NCBI GenBank assembly: GCA_964016885.1
Contig: OZ024744.1
Location: forward strand, 64,542,001 to 64,606,000
Length of the DNA: 64,000 bases
From: Eledone cirrhosa
Taxonomy: Eukaryota
Direction: 5' to 3'
The notes below the pieces were generated by a model that was not told the DNA's origin, searched no databases, and was given only the letters and a program-made list of their open reading frames with translations. The position numbers and the translations under genes were made by a program. The first letter of the stretch is position 1, and the number at the start of each line of letters is the position of its first letter. Of this stretch, positions 57,937-64,000 are shown piece after piece.

Positions 57937-58110
57937 ATAGGAAAATGTATAACCCCAACGGCAGAGCTCAAGCCATTTCGGAATAGCCGTCCAAACGGCT
58001 TGAGCTCTGCTGTCGGGTTATACATTTTCCTATTATCCACTCTACTACCCTAAGTATTGAGTACTCTGGTGCGTTATGGTCCATCTGGTTCCTTACCACA
58101 CTTCCTTCAT
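57937..58110 (+). mobile_element. Fold-back pLTR-like repeat (family F)
   Basis: Arms ATAGGAAAATGTATAACCC...GAGCTCAAGCC and GGCTTGAGCTC...GGGTTATACATTTTCCTAT. Confidence 0.7.
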
Positions 58111-58180
58111 TATATATATATATATACAGTTGAAAATATACACAGTTGAAAATTGCAAACTTGACTGTCACCACACATTA

Positions 58181-58219
58181 TGAACCTGAAGATTGCGAAA
58201 GCATGAAAGTACTTGTTCA
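58181..58219 (+). ncRNA. 39-nt minimal type I hammerhead (family G)
   Basis: TGAAC-CTGAAGA-T-TGC-gaaa-GCA-T-GAAA-GTAC-TT-GTTCA; palindromic helix III AGTACT. Confidence 0.75.
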
Positions 58220-58405
58220 ATTAACACTTAACATTTAATATTCTACCATACTATTTCATTCTAATACCATTATAAATTTTAAAGGATTGTAAATAAAACG
58301 AGTAAATGAGACAAAGTTGGAATTCCTTTTATTAATATAATCTTCTATACACAATCATACACACCTGTGTATATTTATCTATCTATCTATATATATATAT
58401 ATATA

Positions 58406-59110
58406 TCATCATCATCATCATCATCATCAACGTTTAACGTCCGTGTTCCACGCTTGCATGGGTTTGGACGGGGGTAGTCCCACTTGAGGCAAGAGTGATT
58501 GTCTTGCTCGCATAGGACTGTCTGGCAGGTTTTCTACAGTTGGATGCCCTTCCTAACACCAACCACATTTACAGTGTGGGTCTGGGAGGTTTTTACCGTG
58601 TTGCCTACACGGCCACATTACAGCGTGGACTGTGTGTTTTTTTGTCGTGACACCTACACGATCTCATTTGTTTCGGCCTCGATGGCGCGGCACCAACATA
58701 ACTTTACATAGAACGGGGTGGTGTGGATCGGGTGGGGGTGGTGGGACGGGGTGTATTTGTTAGAGATGCCTACTGGCTGGAGTAGGTTTTACTATATATT
58801 TAGGTAAGGCGGGTCTTCTCTGTTACTGAGTACCGCCAAAGGTCTCGGTCCAGTGACATTGTCTTGGAGAGGTGTAAGTGTGTGATGTCGGAGTTTATCA
58901 GCTCGTCCCAGGTTTTTCTAGGTCTGCCTATTCCGTGACTACCGTCTATCTTTATTGCCCTGCACTTTGTTATACAGCTATCGACTTTCATGCGCATCAC
59001 GTGTCCATACCAACGTAGCCTTCTCTCGAGTAAACAACATCTGATCCCTCTTATCTCTAATTTATTCCTTAGTTCGTTTATGCTTTGCCGTTCATTATTC
59101 CTTAGTTCGT
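58406..59110 (-). mobile_element. RTE LINE 3' fragment
   Basis: [22 protein letters not shown]...GRPRKTWDE, then UTR and (GAT)n. Confidence 0.88.
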
Positions 59111-59692
59111 TTATATATATATATATAATATATATATATATATATACATACATATATATATACACATATGTACACACATTTATATGGAAACACGTATACA
59201 CAATTATATATATATATACACGCACAAACACATATATATACTTTAACACACATACACTACAAGCAATGCTTAAGATCTATCATAATACTATCAATCTCAA
59301 CACTTTCTCCAATTACACACTACAACAATTCCCAAACTATCCAGAATGGAAGTTTTTATGCATCAATGCATGCTGTACACTAAAGCACAGCAACTACAGA
59401 ATTAATAGTAAAACAGAAGCCTACTCAAATCATGCACCACCTGTTATTATATATGTCCAACAATTTCCTAGGCACAAAAATCCCACAAGGACATAACTAC
59501 TTCTACATCAACTACCACTTAGACACAACAAGACACCAAGATTTAATTTCAACATATTAGCAACATCAGAACACTACTATAGTAGGCCACTAACACTCCT
59601 GTTGCATGCTTATATCATTAACACTCCTATTCTATTGTCAAAACATTACACATTTTCATCTACTAGCTGCAATATTAAAGTCCCAAGTCATT

Positions 59693-60380
59693 CCTGTAAG
59701 GTGGTTGTGCTGGTGACACGACAAAAATAAAAAGCAACCAGTTCACCCTGTAAGGTGGTCATGGTGACACAGCAAACAGCATCCAGTCGACCCTGTGCGG
59801 TGGTCATGCTGGTGACAACAAAAAAAAAAAAAGCAACTGGTTCACCCTGTAAAGTGGTCATGTTGGTGACATAGCAAAGAGCACCCAATCCACCCTGTGA
59901 AGTGATCATGTTGGTGACACGACAAAAAGCACCCTGTCCACCCTGCAAGGTGGTATTGCTGGTGAGACGGCAAAAAGAACTAGTCTATCCAGTGAGGTAG
60001 CCATGTTAGTGCCACAATGGAAAGGTACTCAGTCCATCCTGTAAAGTGGTTGTGCTAATGACATAACAAAAAGTATCTAGTCCACCCTGCAAGGTGACAT
60101 GACAAAAAAGTGCCCAGTTTACTCCGTAAGGTAGTCAGTCATGCTGGTGACAACAAAAATCACTTAATCCACCCTGTTAAATGGTTGTTTTGGAGCCACA
60201 ATAAAAAGCACCCAGTCTATACAGTAACATGGTTGGTGTTAAGAAGAGCATCCAACCATAGAAGCCAGGCCAAAATACAGATCCATATGAGCAAAACGTG
60301 GTCACCTGACCTAACTTGTTTCATAATATGACAACACCTCTAACCCATGCAAGCATGAAAAAATGGGCATATGATGATGA
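59693..60380 (+). repeat. Degenerate ~41-bp array (about 13 units) followed by an RTE/SINE tail
   Basis: CAGTCCACCCTGTAAGGTGGTCATGCTGGTGACAC...AAAAAGCA units. Confidence 0.75.
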
Positions 60381-61680
60381 CTATAATGAGATTGTTGACT
60401 AATTAAATCTTGGAGAATTTAATGATGTCCAACAAGTTATTTCTTTAGCAGACACCCACTGGAACCCTGACAGATTGGTTATTAAAAAGAGATGTCACCT
60501 ATATTCTGGTAACTCTCTCAACAGATTAGAGCAAACATCACGGGCGCTCTATCTCAAAATTATTTTTGAAAAGCATTAGAAATGTGCAACCGGTAAAAAC
60601 TTAAAACCAAAACTGAATACTAACCAATACTATTACTAATTTTTACTTATTCCTAATTAAACTATTTTTCACTGGGAACAATTTGTCAGCATTTCCTTTT
60701 CCTTTTACCAATATATATATAAATATTATATATATATATATATCATTATTTAAGGTCCTCCTTTCATGCTAGCACCCAATCCACAGTATAACATGGTTAG
60801 TGTTAGGATGTCCATCCAGCTGAAGAAACCAAGCCAAAATACAGATCCATATGAGTAAGATCTTTGAATACGGCCAGTTTGAATAGAAAGAGGTGAGAGA
60901 ATTCTGGACAGATACAGCCGGTTCAAATCTGAATAAGAATTGATTTAGTGTAAAGAGAGAACATTTTAGTCCAGCTGTATAAAACCTATTTAGTGCTCAT
61001 AGCACAAACATACACAACAAAGTTAACCAACTTTGTTTTCTTTTTTTTTTTCTGTTGCTATGTGCCACAAGGCAGCCCATCCAACCCATGCCAGCATGGA
61101 GAAATGGACATAAATTTATGATATCCTATTTTATGCAGGTGTATTATTATTATTGAGATACAGAAAGCCAATTACTGATACCATTTTTTAAACAATACTT
61201 TTATCATGGCATCAGTAATCTTAATTAATTAAAAATGTTATATTTTATTAATTTTTTTTAAACAAATCTTGTTATCAATCAGTTCACAAAACAGCATCAA
61301 AATAAAAAAAAATTAACATAATATTCAAAATGTGGAAATATAAAAAAAATTAATTTCAAGTTCTTTAGAGATTTCATACTATAAGAATATTGACCAATGC
61401 TGAAACAGCATATCTATAGAGTAAAACATAACAATAAAAAATAAAGATGCAGATTACTAGTGTGGGTGGAAAATAAAAGATATATTAAAAACAAAATATT
61501 AAAATCTAACAATATAAAATATCAACTTTCTGAAAAAGAAATGAATAATCAAGAACCTTCTCTACTACCACATGAAATTGTATAAGGAATAAATTCTTGA
61601 AAAGTAGAAAACAACTCTATGGCTACATCTCATTAATAATTATGTAGTACACCTGAGCACTGTACACAATAATTCTCATT

Positions 61681-61972
61681 TTGAGTTCAAATCCCGCCGA
61701 GGTTAACTTTGCCTTTCATCCTTACGGGGTCGATAAAATAAAGTACCAGTAATGCACTGGGGTTGATTTAATCGACTTTCCTTTTGCCTATAGTAGAAAT
61801 CATTGTTATTATTATTTAATGCTTTGACGCATAGAGTTACGGCCCTTTCCATTCTGAGTTCAAATCCCGCCGAGGTTAACTTTGCCTTTCATCCTTACGG
61901 GGTCGATAAAATAAAGTACCAGTATTGCACTGATAATTGCTGGCCTTGTGCCAAAAGTAGAAACAATTATTA
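61681..61972 (+). mobile_element. Two Meta/MESC-type SINE pieces
   Basis: GAGTTCAAATCCCGCCGAGGTTAACTTTGCC present twice. Confidence 0.8.
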
Positions 61973-62081
61973 TTTAATATCTTTAGTTTACTTCAAATTT
62001 TTCCCATCACTGTCCACTAATAAAAAATCTATAAATATTTGAATTAACAAATCTGTTTTTACATATGTTCTGATATTCCAT

Positions 62082-62116
<35 letters not shown>

Positions 62117-62149
62117 AACACATACATTACATATGGTGCATACATTACA

Positions 62150-62396
62150 TAATAGCCAAATTTTTCAAGGGTGTAATTCCTTATACAATCTTCCCATATA
62201 AGGAATTACCTCTTGAAAAGTTCGGCTATTTATTTACCAGGCTAAAATTTCTAATCTAGTCCAGAAATAGCCGTTGAAACGGCTTGAGCTCTGCTGTCGG
62301 GGTCATACATTTTCCTATTACCCACTCTACTACCCTAAGTATTGAGTACTCTGGTGCATTATGGTCCATCTGGTTCCTTACCACAACTCCTTTGTT
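62150..62396 (+). mobile_element. Hairpin (62150-62230) plus family F repeat
   Basis: AATAGCC..TTCAAG..GTAATTCCTTATA / TATAAGGAATTAC..CTTGAA..GGCTATT, then the family F body. Confidence 0.6.
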
Positions 62397-62559
62397 ATAT
62401 CTATCTATCTATCCAATACCCTTACTATTAGGCCACGCGCTTCCACTATTGCCCAACTACATACAGCAAAATGAACTGGTCAAGTCATGTTGGACTGAAT
62501 AACTATAGTGCACCATGCCATGGACATCTTTTATGAAACTGGTGACTATTCTGACCATC

Positions 62560-63095
62560 CTTGATCATAGGAGCTATGGAAAACTGAAGCAGAAACTTCT
62601 GATTTAAACAGTCTCCACTCCGTTTCAACATCTCCAGTTTGATCAGGGTGAGTTCTGAATTTAGATACAATAGTATTTGCAAATCTGATCCCGACTTCCT
62701 TATCTGCCAGCACTTCCCACTTTATTCTGTAAGTCAAGCTGAACCTGCCAGTTTTGTGGGCTTTCTTGGCTTTAGATATCCCCAAGTTACAGATAACTAG
62801 ATGGTGATCAGTTGACAGCTCAGCCCCTCTCTTAACATGAACATCCAGTACAGAATCAAAGAAATCAGCGACAATAACAAAATAAATTATTGATCTCTGT
62901 TCCTGATTCCCCTTAGAGCATATATATTTATGGATGTCTTTGTGCTGGAAGATGTTCATAATAGAGAGCCCATTGCAAATGAAGTCTAATAAGGCCTCTC
63001 TATTTATATTTAGATTGGGATCACTGTTCTTTACAATCACTCCTTTCCATGTCAGGTGGTGAGCGCCAATATGTGCATTGAAGTTTACCATTAGT
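62560..63095 (-). pseudogene. LINE APE endonuclease fragment (RTE-like)
   Basis: NFNAHIG, LLDF, FQHKDIHKY, RSII.FVIV, VKRGAELSTDHHLV. Confidence 0.85.
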
Positions 63096-63859
63096 ATATA
63101 TGACTCAGTCTTAACTACATCTAATGCTGCAGTGACTTCAACAAGGAAGGATCTGTTGGTTCAAGGGTTGCTTTTTTATCTAGCTTATATCACAAATAGC
63201 CATCACATCTGGTGGCCTTATCACTATCCACCACCTGCACCTTGTTCTCTAGCAGAACAGATCTGTCAAGAATTTAAAACATTTTAAAAATTAAAATATT
63301 AAATCTTCATAAATATATTCTCCACTAGTGAGAATTTAAAAACTGCAACATCTAAACATTTTTGCCCATATCTGAGACATAAAATGGAGTGGTGGGGTTT
63401 TATTTGAGTATATACAATGTTTAACTCTTGTACTAGTTCTGTACCACATGAAATCAAAATAGCAAATATTGTAGTAACGATACTATAAACATTTGTATTA
63501 ACAAACCACATGAAACCACATTAGAGAAGCATTAAAAGTTTAAGTATTTACTCTAATACTAAGAAGTTTTACAATGAACTGTCCACCAGTAAAGATACTA
63601 TAAACATGTGAATTAACAACCTTGTTTTAGATATGTTCTGCTAAATTGTTACAGGACATTAAGAGTTAAAGAATGATACCTTCCTTGTTAGTAGATATAA
63701 AACAAGGTAATAAATGCTATTGATATATCTCAAATATACAGATCAATGTCACTATAAACAACTATTAAAAATGACAAATTTATCTGCAAAGCTAGCTTGT
63801 CCACTTTCTGTTCCCTTGGATGCATAAATAAGAATTTTATATTCTCAGACAGGTCAAGC

Positions 63860-64000
63860 AGTTGGTGTTAGGAAGGGCATCCAGCCGTAGAAAACCTGCC
63901 AGACAGTCCTATACGAGTGAGACGACCAAACTTGCCTCAAGTGGGACAATTCCCGTCTAAACCCATGCTAGCGTGGAAGATAGACGTTAAACGATGATGA
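63860..64000 (+). mobile_element. RTE/SINE 3' tail
   Basis: TTAGGAAGGGCATCCAGCCGTAG...CCCGTCTAAACCCATGC...GATGAT. Confidence 0.75.

Overview
Very AT-rich, repeat-saturated metazoan non-coding DNA. The mix of giant (TA)n/(TACA)n arrays, tRNA-CORE and Meta/MESC-type SINEs with (GAT)n RTE tails, and RTE, R4-like and Penelope relics suggests an octopod cephalopod, but this is inference. I could not recognise any host gene, and nearly all long ORFs in the track are translations of microsatellites or minisatellites. Supported coding relics are RTE LINE pieces (one 365-codon open fragment carrying a PHD-type C4HC3 finger inside the RT), R4/Dong-like and CRE-like RLE relics, an APE fragment, a decayed Penelope-type RT and two GIY-YIG C-termini. 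The main hidden signal is non-coding. Folding by eye gives about 11 type I hammerhead-ribozyme (HHR) motifs from six unrelated families, plus one broken motif fused to a U6 snRNA fragment, mostly in short elements wedged between (TA)n tracts. These include a 316-bp tandem/inverted retrozyme-like unit with a compensatory U3-A8 core, a 407-bp unit, and a family showing helix II covariation. Together they look like a Penelope-dependent, microsatellite-targeted population of small ribozyme elements. Ribozyme activity is untested, and the boundaries of decayed elements are approximate.
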